A DNA stretch of 64,000 bases from Planctomycetota bacterium (GCA_965223845.1 CBDCXR010000004.1:7584001-7648000); one strand, 5' to 3'; counted from the first letter of the stretch, positions 37,713-48,678 are shown. Program-made: numbers and translations. The notes: generated from the letters alone by a model not told the origin.

Positions 37713-38867
37713 GTGTCGAAAAAGGACCAGTGGCTGGGCGAGCTGCGCTCGGCGATTCCTCAGGCATCGCCGGAGGAAGTCCGCGAGTGGATCGACTCGG
37801 GAAACGCGCCCACGGTCGTCGACGTCCGTGAGGGCGACGAGTACCGCCAGGGGCATCTCCGCGGGGCGATTCACCTCCCGCGCGGTTTCCTTGAGCTTCA
37901 GGCCGAGGCGAAGCTGAACGGCGCGAACGGCAAGGTCGTGGCCTACTGCGCCGGCGGCGTTCGATCGCTCTTTGCGGCGGACACGCTGCGAAAGATGGGG
38001 TTCGACGACGTCGTTTCGATGACCGGTGGCTTCACGCGATGGAAGCAGAATGGCCATCCGTACGACGTGCCTGAGATCCTCACCGAGCGCGAGCGCGAGC
38101 GCTACCAGCGTCACCTCACCATCGACGAGGTCGGCGAGGAGGGGCAGATCAAGCTCAAGCAGGCCAAGGTCCTCTGCGTCGGCGCCGGCGGCCTCGGCTC
38201 GCCCGCAGCCTACTACCTGGCGGCGGCCGGGATCGGAACGCTCGGCATCGTCGACTACGATGTCGTCGATCGGTCGAACCTCCAGCGTCAGATCGTTCAC
38301 AGCGACGCGCGGGTCGGAGAGCTGAAGACCGAATCGGCGCGCCAGACGCTCGAGAGCCTGAATCCCGACATTCAGGTCGTCACGTACGAGGAGCGGGTTT
38401 CGAGCGAGAACGTCGACCGACTCTTCGAGGGTTACGACGTGATCCTCGATGGCTGCGACAATTTCCCGACGCGGTACCTCGTCAACGACGCCTGCGTGAA
38501 ACACGGCATTCCGAACGTTCACGGTAGCATCTACCGCTTCGAGGGCCAGGCGACGGTGTTTTGGCCGGGCAAGGGTCCTTGCTACCGGTGCCTTTACCCC
38601 GAGCCGCCCCCGCCGGAGATGGCGCCGTCTTGCGCCGAGGCGGGTGTGCTCGGAGTGCTTCCCGGAGTGATTGGCGTGCTCGAGGCGATCGAGGCGATCA
38701 AGATCATCCTCGGCAAGGGCGACCTTCTCGTCGGGCGACTCCTTATGTACGACGCGCTCGAGGTGAGCTTTCGCGAGCTCAAGGTGCGGCGTGATCCCGA
38801 GTGCCCGTACTGCAGCAAGGACGAGTTTCCGGGCTACGTCGATTACGCGCACTTCTGCGGCGTCTGA
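37713..38867 (+). CDS. moeB: Rhodanese-MoeB/ThiF fusion (MoeZ-like sulfur-carrier adenylyltransferase/sulfurtransferase)
   Basis: N-terminal rhodanese (DVRE..EY..GH, YCAGGVRS); RYQRH, GAGGLG, SNLQRQ, DNFPTR, CYRC, SCAEAG and CPYC. Confidence 0.92.
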   Translation: MSKKDQWLGELRSAIPQASPEEVREWIDSGNAPTVVDVREGDEYRQGHLRGAIHLPRGFLELQAEAKLNGANGKVVAYCAGGVRSLFAADTLRKMGFDDVVSMTGGFTRWKQNGHPYDVPEILTERERERYQRHLTIDEVGEEGQIKLKQAKVLCVGAGGLGSPAAYYLAAAGIGTLGIVDYDVVDRSNLQRQIVHSDARVGELKTESARQTLESLNPDIQVVTYEERVSSENVDRLFEGYDVILDGCDNFPTRYLVNDACVKHGIPNVHGSIYRFEGQATVFWPGKGPCYRCLYPEPPPPEMAPSCAEAGVLGVLPGVIGVLEAIEAIKIILGKGDLLVGRLLMYDALEVSFRELKVRRDPECPYCSKDEFPGYVDYAHFCGV

Positions 38868-38882
38868 GGATCCAATTGGCTC

Positions 38883-39839
38883 ATGCGCTCCAGCCTTCCG
38901 ACAACGCTGCCCGAGGAGTTTCTTCCGCATCTCGATAGCTGCCCAGTGCTCGGGGCGATCGGGAACACGCCACTCGTGCGGGTGGATCTTCCCGAGCTCG
39001 CGAAGCCAGGCGTCGAGGTGTACGCGAAGCTCGAGTACTTCAATCCGGGTGGATCGATCAAGGATCGTCCGGTGCTCTGGATGCTCCTCGGCGCCATCGC
39101 CGATGGCCGTCTGCGGCCGGGGATGACGGTGCTGGATTCGTCCTCGGGGAACGCCGGGATCGCCTACGCGATGATCGGTGGTGCGCTCGGGTACGACGTG
39201 CGCCTCGTGATCCCGGGGAACGCTTCGGCCGAACGGAAGAAACGGCTCGTCGCACACCGCGCCGATCTCTTCTTCACCGATCCGGTCGAGGGGTACGATG
39301 AGGCGCTGCGCGAAGTGCGGCGACAGGCCGAGGCCTCGCCGGAGCGATACTTCTTTTCGGATCAGTACGCGAACGATTCGAATTGGCGGTCCCACTACGA
39401 GATGACGGCACAGGAGATTCTCGATCAGACCGGGCGCCGGGTGACGCACTTCGTCGCCGGGGTCGGCACTGGGGGGACGCTCACCGGCGTCGGTCGCCGG
39501 CTCAAGGAAGAGATTCCAGGTGTGGAGATCACGTGTGTCCTTCCGGACGAGTTTCCGGGGATCGAGGGGCTGAAGCCGCTCGGGAATCCCGAGGACATCG
39601 TGCCCGACATTCTCGACGAGTCGGTCATCGACGAGCGCGTGAACGTCACGATCGACGACGCGTACGCGTATTGTCAGCAACTCGCGGGGAAGGGGTTTTT
39701 TGTCGGGCAGTCGTCTGGGGCTTATACCAAAGGAGTGGAATCGGTGGTGTCGCGCATCGACGAGGGCGTGGTCGTGACCGTTTTCAGCGACCTCGGCGAG
39801 CGCTACTTCAGCACGGGGCTGTGGGGACACGACACGTAG
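38883..39839 (+). CDS. cysM: PLP-dependent cysteine synthase (CysM-like)
   Basis: IGNTPLV, KLEYFNPGGSIKDR (PLP Lys), SSGNAG, GVGTGGT, IEGL and D.GERYFS. Confidence 0.88.
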   Translation: MRSSLPTTLPEEFLPHLDSCPVLGAIGNTPLVRVDLPELAKPGVEVYAKLEYFNPGGSIKDRPVLWMLLGAIADGRLRPGMTVLDSSSGNAGIAYAMIGGALGYDVRLVIPGNASAERKKRLVAHRADLFFTDPVEGYDEALREVRRQAEASPERYFFSDQYANDSNWRSHYEMTAQEILDQTGRRVTHFVAGVGTGGTLTGVGRRLKEEIPGVEITCVLPDEFPGIEGLKPLGNPEDIVPDILDESVIDERVNVTIDDAYAYCQQLAGKGFFVGQSSGAYTKGVESVVSRIDEGVVVTVFSDLGERYFSTGLWGHDT

Positions 39840-40064
39840 CAAAGCTCGGCGCGGAGCGAAGAGGGGCGTTCGGCTCTCGCGTGGCGCGCGTCGTCCGGCT
39901 TGCGTCGTCTCGATCCCGGCGGAATCGGCTCCCGAGGAGCATCGGGATTCGGGGCGTCCGATCGGATGAGCGGCGCGCGGATCGTCGCCGCGTCTATCGT
40001 CTACCGGTGGAATCCGGTGCGATCGAGCTTTCTCACCTCGAGTGAAGAGACGGAAGGCGAGCTC

Positions 40065-42332
40065 ATGGTCAACCCGATCGACGCGGTGGGCGGTCGAAAA
40101 GCAAAACGGGCCTCGGGCGCCGACGGCAGCGCGACGTTGTCGAGCGCGCGGGGGGGAGAGGGCGTGGCGCCGGCGAGCGCGATCGACGCGAGTTTTCGGC
40201 CGAGCGAAGCTACGCTCGTCGATCTCTACCGCGTGGTCCTCCTGTCGCGGACGCTCGACGACGCCGAGGTGCGACTCCGGCGGCAGGGAAAAGCGTTCTT
40301 TCAGATCTCGAGCGCCGGGCACGAAGTGATCCAGGCGGTCGCGGCGAGCGTTTTCCGCGCCGGATCGGATTGGTTCTACCTCTACTATCGCGATCGGTGT
40401 TTGAGCCTCGGTCTCGGCATGGAGCCGCTCGACTTGGTGCGGCAGGCACTCGCGAAGAGGACCGACCTCATGAGCGGCGGACGGGAGATGCCGTGTCACT
40501 TCGGCATCCCGTCACTGCGCATCATCAATCAATCGAGCGCGACCGGCAGTCAGTTCCTCCACGCGGTCGGCACCGCAGAGGGGATCTGGCTCGCCCGCCA
40601 GGGAGGGGTCTCGCCCGGACCGCTCCCCGAAAAGTTCCTCCGCGGACGAGCGCGCACGGGAGAGGCTCAGACTCTCGTGGATCCATGTCGCGTCGAGGAG
40701 GACGAAATCGTTCTCACGACAGGCGGCGACGGGGCGACGAGCGAGGGCGAATTCTACGAAGCCATCTCGGCGGCGTGTCTCCGTCGGCTTCCCGTGCTCT
40801 TCCTCATTCAGGACAACGCCTACGCGATCAGTGTTCCCGTCGAGTACCAAACGCCGGGGGGGAGCATCTCGCGCCTGTTCAAGGAGTACCCTGGTCTCCA
40901 CGTCCAGGAGGTCGACGGACTCGACCCGGTGGCGAGCTACACCGTGCTCTCGCACGCGGCGCAGTACGTTCGAGACGGCCGGGGACCTGCGCTCGTCCAC
41001 GCGCACGTCAGCCGGCTCGTGCCGCATTCCGACGCGGACGACGACAAGCTCTACCGTCCCGACGTCGAGCGCGATCTCATCCGCCGTCGCGACCCGTTGC
41101 CGCGCTTTGCATCGCTCCTCGTGGAACGCGGCATCCTTTCGCGCGGCGAGATCGCCGAGCTCGAGAAGAAGACCGAAGCCGAGGTCGCCGCGGCGGTCGA
41201 AATCGCTCTCGGCGAGGACGACCCCGAGCCGACGCCCGAGGAGGTGACTCGATTCCTGTTCGAGTCCAATCCGGTCGTCGAGGAAGAGACTCCTCCCGCG
41301 ACGGTCGGTGACGAGCTCACGCTGCTCGATGCGATCCGGCGGACGCTCCGGACGGAGATGGAGCAGGATCCGCGGATCCTCGTCTTCGGCGAGGACGTCG
41401 CCGACCTCTCGCGCGCTCACCTCCTCGAGCAACTCCCCGGAAAGGGTGGAGTGTTCCGCGTCACGCACGGACTCCAGCGCGAATTCGGGCACGAGCGGGT
41501 GTTCAACACCCCGATCGCGGAAGCGGCCATCATCGGGCGCGCACTCGGGCTCGCCGTGCGCGGCTTCTTGCCCGTGCCGGAGATTCAGTTCTTCGACTAT
41601 ATCTGGCCCGCGATGCACCAGATTCGCAACGAGCTCACCGTGCTCCGGTGGCGGTCGTACGACAACTTCGCCGCTCCGGTCGTCATCCGCGCCCCGATCG
41701 GTGGATATCTGCGCGGCGGGGCGATCTACCACAGCCAGTCCGCCGAGACGATGTTTTGCGCCTGTCCCGGGCTGCGCGTCGTCATGCCGTCGAACGCGCG
41801 CGACGCCGTGGGGCTTCTCCGCACGTCGCTCCGCTCGGGCGATCCCGTTCTTTTCCTCGAGCACAAGCACCTCTACCGCCAGCCGTACGCCAAGTCGATC
41901 GATCCCGGCCCGGATTACGTCATCCCGTTCGGCTGCGCGCGCGTCGCTCGCGAAGGGTCGGATGTGAGCGTCGTGACCTATGGAGCGCTCGTCGAAAAGA
42001 GCCTCAGTGCCGCGCGGCGACTCGCGGATGAAGGCATCGAGGTCGAGGTGATCGATCTCCGCTCGCTCCAGCCTTACGACTTCGCGGCGATTCGCGCTTC
42101 GGTCGAGAAGACCAACCGGGTGGTGGTCGCGGGCGAAGAGCCGAGGACCCACGGCTTCGCCGCCGAAGTGGCTGCGCGCATCGCGGATGAGCTGTTCGAG
42201 CACCTCGACGCCCCGGTGCGCCGAGTCGGCGCGCTCGATGCTCCGGTACCGTACTCGCCCGTGCTCGAGCACTGCATGCTTCCGAGCGAGGAGGATCTCC
42301 TCCGCGAGGTTCGCAGCGTGCGCGCGTTCTGA
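40065..42332 (+). CDS. 2-oxoacid dehydrogenase E1, fused alpha/beta subunits
   Basis: Alpha motifs GHE, YYRD, TPP-binding GDGATSEG...QDN and PHS; beta motifs GEDV, GGVF, FNTPIAE, EIQFFDY, HSQS and EVIDLRSL. The start is uncertain. Confidence 0.92.
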   Translation: MVNPIDAVGGRKAKRASGADGSATLSSARGGEGVAPASAIDASFRPSEATLVDLYRVVLLSRTLDDAEVRLRRQGKAFFQISSAGHEVIQAVAASVFRAGSDWFYLYYRDRCLSLGLGMEPLDLVRQALAKRTDLMSGGREMPCHFGIPSLRIINQSSATGSQFLHAVGTAEGIWLARQGGVSPGPLPEKFLRGRARTGEAQTLVDPCRVEEDEIVLTTGGDGATSEGEFYEAISAACLRRLPVLFLIQDNAYAISVPVEYQTPGGSISRLFKEYPGLHVQEVDGLDPVASYTVLSHAAQYVRDGRGPALVHAHVSRLVPHSDADDDKLYRPDVERDLIRRRDPLPRFASLLVERGILSRGEIAELEKKTEAEVAAAVEIALGEDDPEPTPEEVTRFLFESNPVVEEETPPATVGDELTLLDAIRRTLRTEMEQDPRILVFGEDVADLSRAHLLEQLPGKGGVFRVTHGLQREFGHERVFNTPIAEAAIIGRALGLAVRGFLPVPEIQFFDYIWPAMHQIRNELTVLRWRSYDNFAAPVVIRAPIGGYLRGGAIYHSQSAETMFCACPGLRVVMPSNARDAVGLLRTSLRSGDPVLFLEHKHLYRQPYAKSIDPGPDYVIPFGCARVAREGSDVSVVTYGALVEKSLSAARRLADEGIEVEVIDLRSLQPYDFAAIRASVEKTNRVVVAGEEPRTHGFAAEVAARIADELFEHLDAPVRRVGALDAPVPYSPVLEHCMLPSEEDLLREVRSVRAF

Positions 42333-43353
42333 TTCGCTTGGATCCCTCGTTCACCCTCGTTCTGGGATCGGCGTTTCGAGTCCCGTCCGCCGCAGATGAG
42401 TCTTCGGTGGGCGCAGTAGTCGCGGACTGCGAGCGACGGATGTCACGAAAGTGTCACGAGGGAAGTCCGTCGCCGGCGTGATGCGAACACCGTTTCGTGC
42501 GCCGGTGGCGCTTGCCTGCCGCCGCGCGCGTGTTCGCCTCGGATTCGTGTCGCCGAGTTTCCGGTGAATCGCACACGGTGTTGCACGGTCATACATCGTG
42601 TGCCCGCGAAGCCCCGATGCGGAGGAGTTGCCGGTGCGAGTCGGCCTGCGCGCGCCGTTCGATCTCGACTTTGATCGAGGACGTAAGTCTCTCAATGGCA
42701 CGTGCTTGCGCGGGGCTCGAGCGTTCGCGATTCGCGTGACGTTCGAGCGATTTCAGAATTCGACGGAAAAAATACTGCAACGGGTACGGTCTTTGCGCGT
42801 CAAAGGAGATGAGAGAAGGGCTGAGAACGGACATCTCGGAGGAGGAAACGATGCGCGATCGATGTCGATCGACTTTCGCGGTTGCCGAGCGTGGTGAGAC
42901 GCTCGAATCGTTCGGCGCGCGAGACGGAGTTCGTGATCGTTCCGTGACGGGAAGTCTGTTCACTCGAGTGTGCGGAATCGGTGGCCTGATCGAGACAAGG
43001 ACCGGCCGCCGACGACCGCTGCATATGGAAACGATCGCGGAGTGGTTCGTGAACGACCAGCGACAAATCGCGAGCTCGATTCGGACAAATGTACTGTCGG
43101 ATCGGGCGGCACCGGACGTTCGAGCTTGTGCGCAAGCTGCGCGCACGTCGAGGTGTCGCGGCGATGAGCGCAATCTCGTTCGTTCGCACCGCGAATCTTT
43201 CGGAGGCGGTTCACGAATCGGTCGCGGTCGGGGTACTCCCCCGGTGCGGGAACGATTCGATCTCGCGACTCGTTCTGTAGATCAGAACGTCGAACGTGGG
43301 GTGGGCCGTCGAACCACACCGACTCAAGTGCCCTCTCGATAAAGGCGACGACC

Positions 43354-44580
43354 ATGACGACCTCAACGAAAACAAAACCTTCGAATCCGAAAGTGCCTCG
43401 GACCGAATCTGGAAGTCGCGCTCTCTCCCTGACCGATCTCGAAATCCCCGTTCGACCTCTCCTCACGCGCGACCAAGAAATCAACAGCGGGACGAGGGTG
43501 CGCTCGGCGCTTCGTCGTCTCGCGGAGCTTCTTCCTCGGCACCCCGTCGGCTATCGGCGCTTCCTCGGCCGAATGCAGGAAGTCTCCGAGGGCGGAACGC
43601 TCATGTTCACCTGGCTGTCGCTCCGCGAACGGATCCAGGCGGACTACGCAAAGGCTCTACGCGCTCTCTCTCGCGCGGAGTCTCTCGTCGAATCCGATCA
43701 CCGGAAGGCGCTCGCTGCGTACGAACGTGGCGTGAAGGTCTTGCGCACGTATCCTCTCGACCCCGAGACGCTCTATCAGTGGAGCCGCCAGGTGAGCGGA
43801 GGCAAGCAGGACCTCGGGCCTCTCGGTGCCTCGCCGCGGCTCCAGAAGATCGCACGCGTTCTCAAGAGGGTCGTCGACGTGGTCGAGCGCGAGCGCGAGG
43901 AGATGGTCCTCCCGAATTTCCGTCTCGTCCTCAAGGAGGTCTTTCGCTACCACCCGACGGGGATGCGGCGGAGCGATCTCTTTCAAGAGGGCCTCGTCGG
44001 TCTCCAAAAGGCGGTCTTCCGCTACGACGCGAGGCGCGGGATCCGCTTCTCAACCTACGCGACGTATTGGATCCGCCAGGCGATTCGGAAGGCGCTCATC
44101 GACAAGTCTCGCATGATCCGGGTTCCGCAGGCGATCCAGGAAGAGCTTCGCAAAGAAACGCCGTCCCTCAAGCACGGTGAGGCCGACCGCGTGAAGCGGA
44201 TCCTTTCCGATACGGTCCTTTTTTCCGCCGGTGAATCGAGCGAGGCGGACGACCGCTTCTCGTTCGACGTCCGCGACGAAGCGCCGCCGGCAGGGTTCGT
44301 GCGCTCGCTCCACACCGGCCGCATTCCGCGCGCGGTGGGCGAGGCACTCGAGACGCTTCCCAATCGCGAGCGCGACGTGATCCAGCGGCGGTTCGGCCTT
44401 CTCGGAGATCGTCCTCAGACTCTCGAAGAAATCGGCAATCACCTGCAGCTTTCGCGCGAGCGCATTCGCCAAATCGAGCGCGAGGCGCTCGAGCGGATGC
44501 GGCGGGTCAATCAGCTTCTGGAAGTCTACGAAGACCTCGACGTGGTCGAGGGCGCTTCGAACGTTCTCACCCGAAACTGA
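43354..44580 (+). CDS. Sigma70-family (group 2-like) RNA polymerase sigma factor
   Basis: Region 1.2 PLLTRDQE; region 2 NFRLV..DLFQEG..GL..AV..YD..RG.RFSTYATYWIRQAI; region 4 TLEEIG..L.LSRERIRQIE. Confidence 0.92.
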   Translation: MTTSTKTKPSNPKVPRTESGSRALSLTDLEIPVRPLLTRDQEINSGTRVRSALRRLAELLPRHPVGYRRFLGRMQEVSEGGTLMFTWLSLRERIQADYAKALRALSRAESLVESDHRKALAAYERGVKVLRTYPLDPETLYQWSRQVSGGKQDLGPLGASPRLQKIARVLKRVVDVVEREREEMVLPNFRLVLKEVFRYHPTGMRRSDLFQEGLVGLQKAVFRYDARRGIRFSTYATYWIRQAIRKALIDKSRMIRVPQAIQEELRKETPSLKHGEADRVKRILSDTVLFSAGESSEADDRFSFDVRDEAPPAGFVRSLHTGRIPRAVGEALETLPNRERDVIQRRFGLLGDRPQTLEEIGNHLQLSRERIRQIEREALERMRRVNQLLEVYEDLDVVEGASNVLTRN

Positions 44581-44658
44581 GGTTTCGTCCTTCGGCGACT
44601 TTCCACGACCAAGGAATCCCCAAACCCGACCCAATCCGAAACCCTCCCCATCTCTCTG

Positions 44659-44713
44659 GAAGCGGCGTCGAGTTCCCCCTGGACCCGGGAACCGGCGCCG
44701 CTTCTTCTTTTTT
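44659..44713 (+). terminator. Intrinsic terminator after the sigma factor gene
   Basis: GAAGCGGCGTCG/CGGCGCCGCTTC outer stem plus GTTCCC/GGGAAC inner stem, followed by TTCTTTTTT. Confidence 0.75.
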
Positions 44714-44950
44714 GCGAAGGCTCGATCGATCGGTAGCGCGGGGTCGACATCTCGCGTGTCTTGATGACGCGTTCCCGCGGCGATGAGTCGGGCTCCCGTT
44801 CCCGCGGAGCGAGAGATACCGGTGGTCCCGTGACTCGTCCGTATCGCTCTCGAGCGAGGTCGTGATAGGGTTCGTTCGGCCTAGGCGATCCAAGGCGCCC
44901 TGGCGGAGCGATCTCGGGCGAGATCCCCGCGCTGAACCGGAGAGAAGGCG

Positions 44951-46318
44951 ATGGTTGTCGTGTATACCGCGAGCTGGGTTCTCCCCGTTTCGTCGCCGCC
45001 CATCGCGGACGGTGCCGTCGTCGTTGACGGCGGGACGATCGTTCGTGTCGGTCGGGCGGCGGACGTTCTCGCTGACGGCGACAACGCAGCGGATTCGCAC
45101 GTCGAACTGCCCGACTGCGCCCTCCTCCCCGGATTCGTCAACGTCCACACCCATGTCGAGCTAACGCTTCTCCGCGGGCTCTGTGAGGAGTCGGACTTCT
45201 TCCCGTGGATCCGGCGTCTCACCCGCATCAAATACGAATGCGCGAGCGAAGCGAGCTTCGCGATCGGAGCCCGTTGGGGCATTGTCGAGGCGCTTCGAGG
45301 AGGGACGACGACCATCGGTGACGCGTCGGACCGCGGTGTCGTCCTAGATGCGATGATCGAGACGGGACTCCGAGGGATCGCCTACGCCGAGCTCTTCGGG
45401 CCCGATCCGCGGGACGCGGCGGACCGAATCGGCGCGTATCGCGGCGAGCTCGAGCATAGCTGCGCGCGCGCCACGGAGCGCGTTCGCCCCGGCGTGTCGC
45501 CGCATGCGCCGTACACGGTCTCCGGCGCGCTGTTCATTCGTGCCGTCGAACTCGCGCGGGAGCTCGGTCTGCCACTCTCGATCCACGCTGCGGAGTCGGT
45601 GGCCGAGACGGACTTCGTCGTCCGGGGAGTCGGCCCGTTTGCCGATCTCCTCGCGGGGCGGGGGATCGCCGTCACGCCGCGAGACGTGTCTCCCGTCCGT
45701 TATCTGCACGATCTCGGAGTCCTTCGCGCGAAGCCGCTCCTCGTCCACGGGATCCGCACGGACTCGGACGACTGGGAGCTCATCGGCGAGAGCGGCGCGC
45801 GGCTCGCTCACTGCCCGCGGTCGAACGCGAAGCTCGGTCACGGGATCGCACCTCTCTCGGAGTGGGCAACGCGCGGGATTCCGCTCGGGCTCGGAACGGA
45901 CAGCGTCGTGAGCAACAACGCGTGCGACATGCTGAGCGAGGCGCGGACGATGTGCCTTCAGCAGCGCGCGCGAACAGACCGGCCTGGTCCGCCGCCGACC
46001 GCGCGGGACGCGCTCCGCATCGCCACTTTGGGCGGGGCGGAGGCGCTCGGCATGTCCAGCGAGATCGGGAGTCTCGAGGTCGGGAAGAAGGCGGACCTCA
46101 TCGCGGTCGATCTGTCCGCGCCCGCGATCCGCCCGGTCCACGATGTCGAGACTGCGATCGTGTTCGGCGCGTCCGGTCGAGATGTTCGCCTCGCGGTGGT
46201 CGACGGTCGCGCTCTCCTTCGCGACGGCCGAGTCGAGACCGTCGACGAAGAGGCCCTCCGGATCGAGGTGGACGAGCACGCACGGGCCCTTCGCGCCGCT
46301 GCGGCTGAGCTCGCTTGA
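44951..46318 (+). CDS. Amidohydrolase (MTA/SAH deaminase-like)
   Basis: Motifs LPGFVNVHTH, GTTT, PHAPY, HAAES, HCPRSNAKL, LGTDS and GSLEVGKKAD. Confidence 0.88.
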   Translation: MVVVYTASWVLPVSSPPIADGAVVVDGGTIVRVGRAADVLADGDNAADSHVELPDCALLPGFVNVHTHVELTLLRGLCEESDFFPWIRRLTRIKYECASEASFAIGARWGIVEALRGGTTTIGDASDRGVVLDAMIETGLRGIAYAELFGPDPRDAADRIGAYRGELEHSCARATERVRPGVSPHAPYTVSGALFIRAVELARELGLPLSIHAAESVAETDFVVRGVGPFADLLAGRGIAVTPRDVSPVRYLHDLGVLRAKPLLVHGIRTDSDDWELIGESGARLAHCPRSNAKLGHGIAPLSEWATRGIPLGLGTDSVVSNNACDMLSEARTMCLQQRARTDRPGPPPTARDALRIATLGGAEALGMSSEIGSLEVGKKADLIAVDLSAPAIRPVHDVETAIVFGASGRDVRLAVVDGRALLRDGRVETVDEEALRIEVDEHARALRAAAAELA

Positions 46319-46350
46319 AGGTCGGCTGCGCGAACGAGCGCGGATCGACC

Positions 46351-46782
46351 TCAGCCGGCGAGTCCCGCCCCTTCCCGAGATCTCGCATCCACTCCGCCGC
46401 TCGGCTCGAACGCGATCGGTGCCTTAGGCGGAAAATCGATCGACGCGGGGTCCCAGGGTGGACCGTCCTTGAGCACGCTCGTCGCGGTCCAGAACATCGG
46501 CGCGTCGCGGAGCTTTCCCCCGCGCTCCTGGATGCGCTCGACCGCGAAGCGGTACATGCACTTCGCCTTCTCTTTTTGCGAAAGCGTCGCCCATCCCCCG
46601 CGCGCGGCGAGATCGCGACTCAGGCGGACCTCGGTCCAAAACGCGTGATCCTGTCCGACCGGGAGCCCCGCGCTCCGATGGCTCTCCGGCGTGAGGCTGA
46701 AGAGAAAAAGCGCGACGACGTCACTGTCCTTATCCGGACGGATGAAGCGGTGCCGATGGTACTCGAGGATCTGATTGGACAC
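46351..46782 (-). CDS. Hypothetical protein
   Basis: GGAGGT RBS before the GTG start; globular composition; fills the gap downstream of the PLP enzyme gene. Confidence 0.7.
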   Translation of the reverse strand: MSNQILEYHRHRFIRPDKDSDVVALFLFSLTPESHRSAGLPVGQDHAFWTEVRLSRDLAARGGWATLSQKEKAKCMYRFAVERIQERGGKLRDAPMFWTATSVLKDGPPWDPASIDFPPKAPIAFEPSGGVDARSREGAGLAG

Positions 46783-46960
46783 CGGCGGCGACCTCCGTGA
46801 GATGCGGGCGTGGTTCGAAGAAGCGGGATTCTAACCCGGAGCTCTCGCCGGATTCCACTGCCGTTGGGAGACGCGAATCGAGCATCGGATGCGCCGCCGC
46901 TCCCCCCCGTTTCCGTCCGTGACCTGGATCTGAGACCCGAGATCCGCGACGGCTGCCCGG

Positions 46961-48334
46961 CTAGATCCCGAGCGCGCTCGCGCGCTCGCGCTGCCACGTC
47001 TCGACGTCTTCGGCGCTGACGTGTTCCCAATTCCAAAGCGCCCAGTTGATGCAGGCGATGAGATCCTCCGCCGACTCGAGCCCGATGCCCAGTCGAACGA
47101 GTCGATCCCATCCGCACCTCTCGAGCTCGTCCGTCGGGGCGAAGTACTCCGACACGGTGCGGTGGTGGTTGAGCTTCGTCGCGAGCCCGTCGAAGCTGAG
47201 CGCGTACCGCGGGAGGACGGTCGTCGCGAGGACGTCGGCGAAGTGGCGGGTGTCTTCTTCGTTCGCTCCACCGACGCGGAAGGAGAGGAGCGCGCCCGGA
47301 TGCGTGTACTGGGCGTCGATGATCGCGCGATCGGGATGCGAAGGGACACTCGGGTGGAACACCTCCTTTACGAGGGGGTGGCCGCCGAGAAACGCAGCGA
47401 CCGCACTCGCCGTGCGCGAGCGAGAGACGAAGCGAGATTCGGCGTGCTCGAGGCCGCTGAGGAGAGCCTCCGACCGTCGCCAATCGAGCATGCCGCCGCG
47501 GGTCGCCTGAAGGTCCATGGCCTCGTTGAGCAGATCGATGCGGTTCGACGCGATGTAGCCCCACATGTCGCGGTCCTGGCCGCCGAGGGCTTTCGTTCCG
47601 CTCGCGACGACGACATCGATTCCCTCGCGATCGAGGAGCGGTTTCTTGAGCGACCACGGCGTTGCGATCGTGTCGTCGACGACCATCCGGAGTCGCGGCG
47701 CGCGGTCTGCGCGCCACCGAACGACGAGATCGCTCAAGCGATCGAGATCCAGCGCCCGACCGAGGGGATTCGTGAACGTCTCGGCGAAAACGAGCGTCGT
47801 TTCCGGCTGGATCGCAGCCTCGAGCGAATCGAGATCGCCGTCGTCGAAGACGTCGAATCGTGCGCCGATGCGACCCGCGGTCCACTCGAAGTGTTTTTTC
47901 GTCTTGTTGTAGACCTGCCGGGCGATCACTCCGTGGGCGCCCGGCGTGAAGAGCGTGTCGATGACGAGCGCACAGGCCTGCATGCCGCAGTCGGTGAGGA
48001 TCGCGCCCGCGGCGTGCTCGAGCTCGCGCACGGCGCGAATGAGCTCGCGTGTCGCGGCGACGCCGTAGCGCCCGTAGACTTGGGGCAGCTCCGACCAGCA
48101 CTCCTCGCCCATGAACATCGCGGCGGCCTTGCTCTCCTGCCAGTCGATCATGCGTTTCGAGCCGAGGAGGTCGACCTGCACCGTGGGACCCGAGGGGTGG
48201 AGGTACGGGACGCGGTGCTTTCGGATCGAGGCGTCGATCGACTCGTGGAGTTCCCGCGTGAGGGGGGACATGTCGGCGATGGCGGGGCGCTCGGCCGGGC
48301 AGCGGGAAGGGTCGAGATAGTCCTGGATGCCCAT
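46961..48334 (-). CDS. PLP-dependent Cys/Met metabolism (transsulfuration) family enzyme, divergent
   Basis: Motifs YGRYG, CGMQA, AETFTNP, VVDDTIATP, SGTKALGG (PLP Lys), V.HP and LVRLGIGLES.EDLI. Confidence 0.85.
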   Translation of the reverse strand: MGIQDYLDPSRCPAERPAIADMSPLTRELHESIDASIRKHRVPYLHPSGPTVQVDLLGSKRMIDWQESKAAAMFMGEECWSELPQVYGRYGVAATRELIRAVRELEHAAGAILTDCGMQACALVIDTLFTPGAHGVIARQVYNKTKKHFEWTAGRIGARFDVFDDGDLDSLEAAIQPETTLVFAETFTNPLGRALDLDRLSDLVVRWRADRAPRLRMVVDDTIATPWSLKKPLLDREGIDVVVASGTKALGGQDRDMWGYIASNRIDLLNEAMDLQATRGGMLDWRRSEALLSGLEHAESRFVSRSRTASAVAAFLGGHPLVKEVFHPSVPSHPDRAIIDAQYTHPGALLSFRVGGANEEDTRHFADVLATTVLPRYALSFDGLATKLNHHRTVSEYFAPTDELERCGWDRLVRLGIGLESAEDLIACINWALWNWEHVSAEDVETWQRERASALGI

Positions 48335-48678
48335 GGTGTTCTCGCGGGAACCGTGCTGAGAGGAACGGGGCGGTTACAAAAGGGGCCACATAATAACCGG
48401 TCGCCGGAGAACTCGGACGGGGGAATCGCGCGGGGCATTCGATCTCTTCCGCGGACGCGTTGGAAGCCACAGATTCTGCGGCATCGCGTCGATTTCATCT
48501 GAATGCAGAGCCTGCGAGAGACGAGATCCGGATCGGGACTTTTGCGCGGCGGGGCTGGCGAGTATGTTCGTCCGGACGACGCCTCGCCCGCGTTCGCCGC
48601 CGACGGCTAGGGACCGCTCAGCCACGTCCGCCGCGCGTCCGTTCGAAGCGCCCTCAAACCGACACCGATACCGAAACG

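Noticed and set aside
37623-40499. Long antisense ORFs (e.g. 958 aa at 37623-40499, 762 aa at 20961-23249)
   Set aside because: They are shadow ORFs opposite better-supported genes, typical of high-GC codon bias, with no motifs.
42696-42709. Sigma54 promoter TGGCACGTGCTTGC upstream of the sigma factor gene
   Set aside because: The spacing is GG-N9-GC, one base short of the strict GG-N10-GC.
42809-43342. 177-aa ORF upstream of the sigma factor
   Set aside because: It is Arg/Ser-rich with no motifs and atypical codon usage, so I treated the region as non-coding, though a small gene cannot be excluded.
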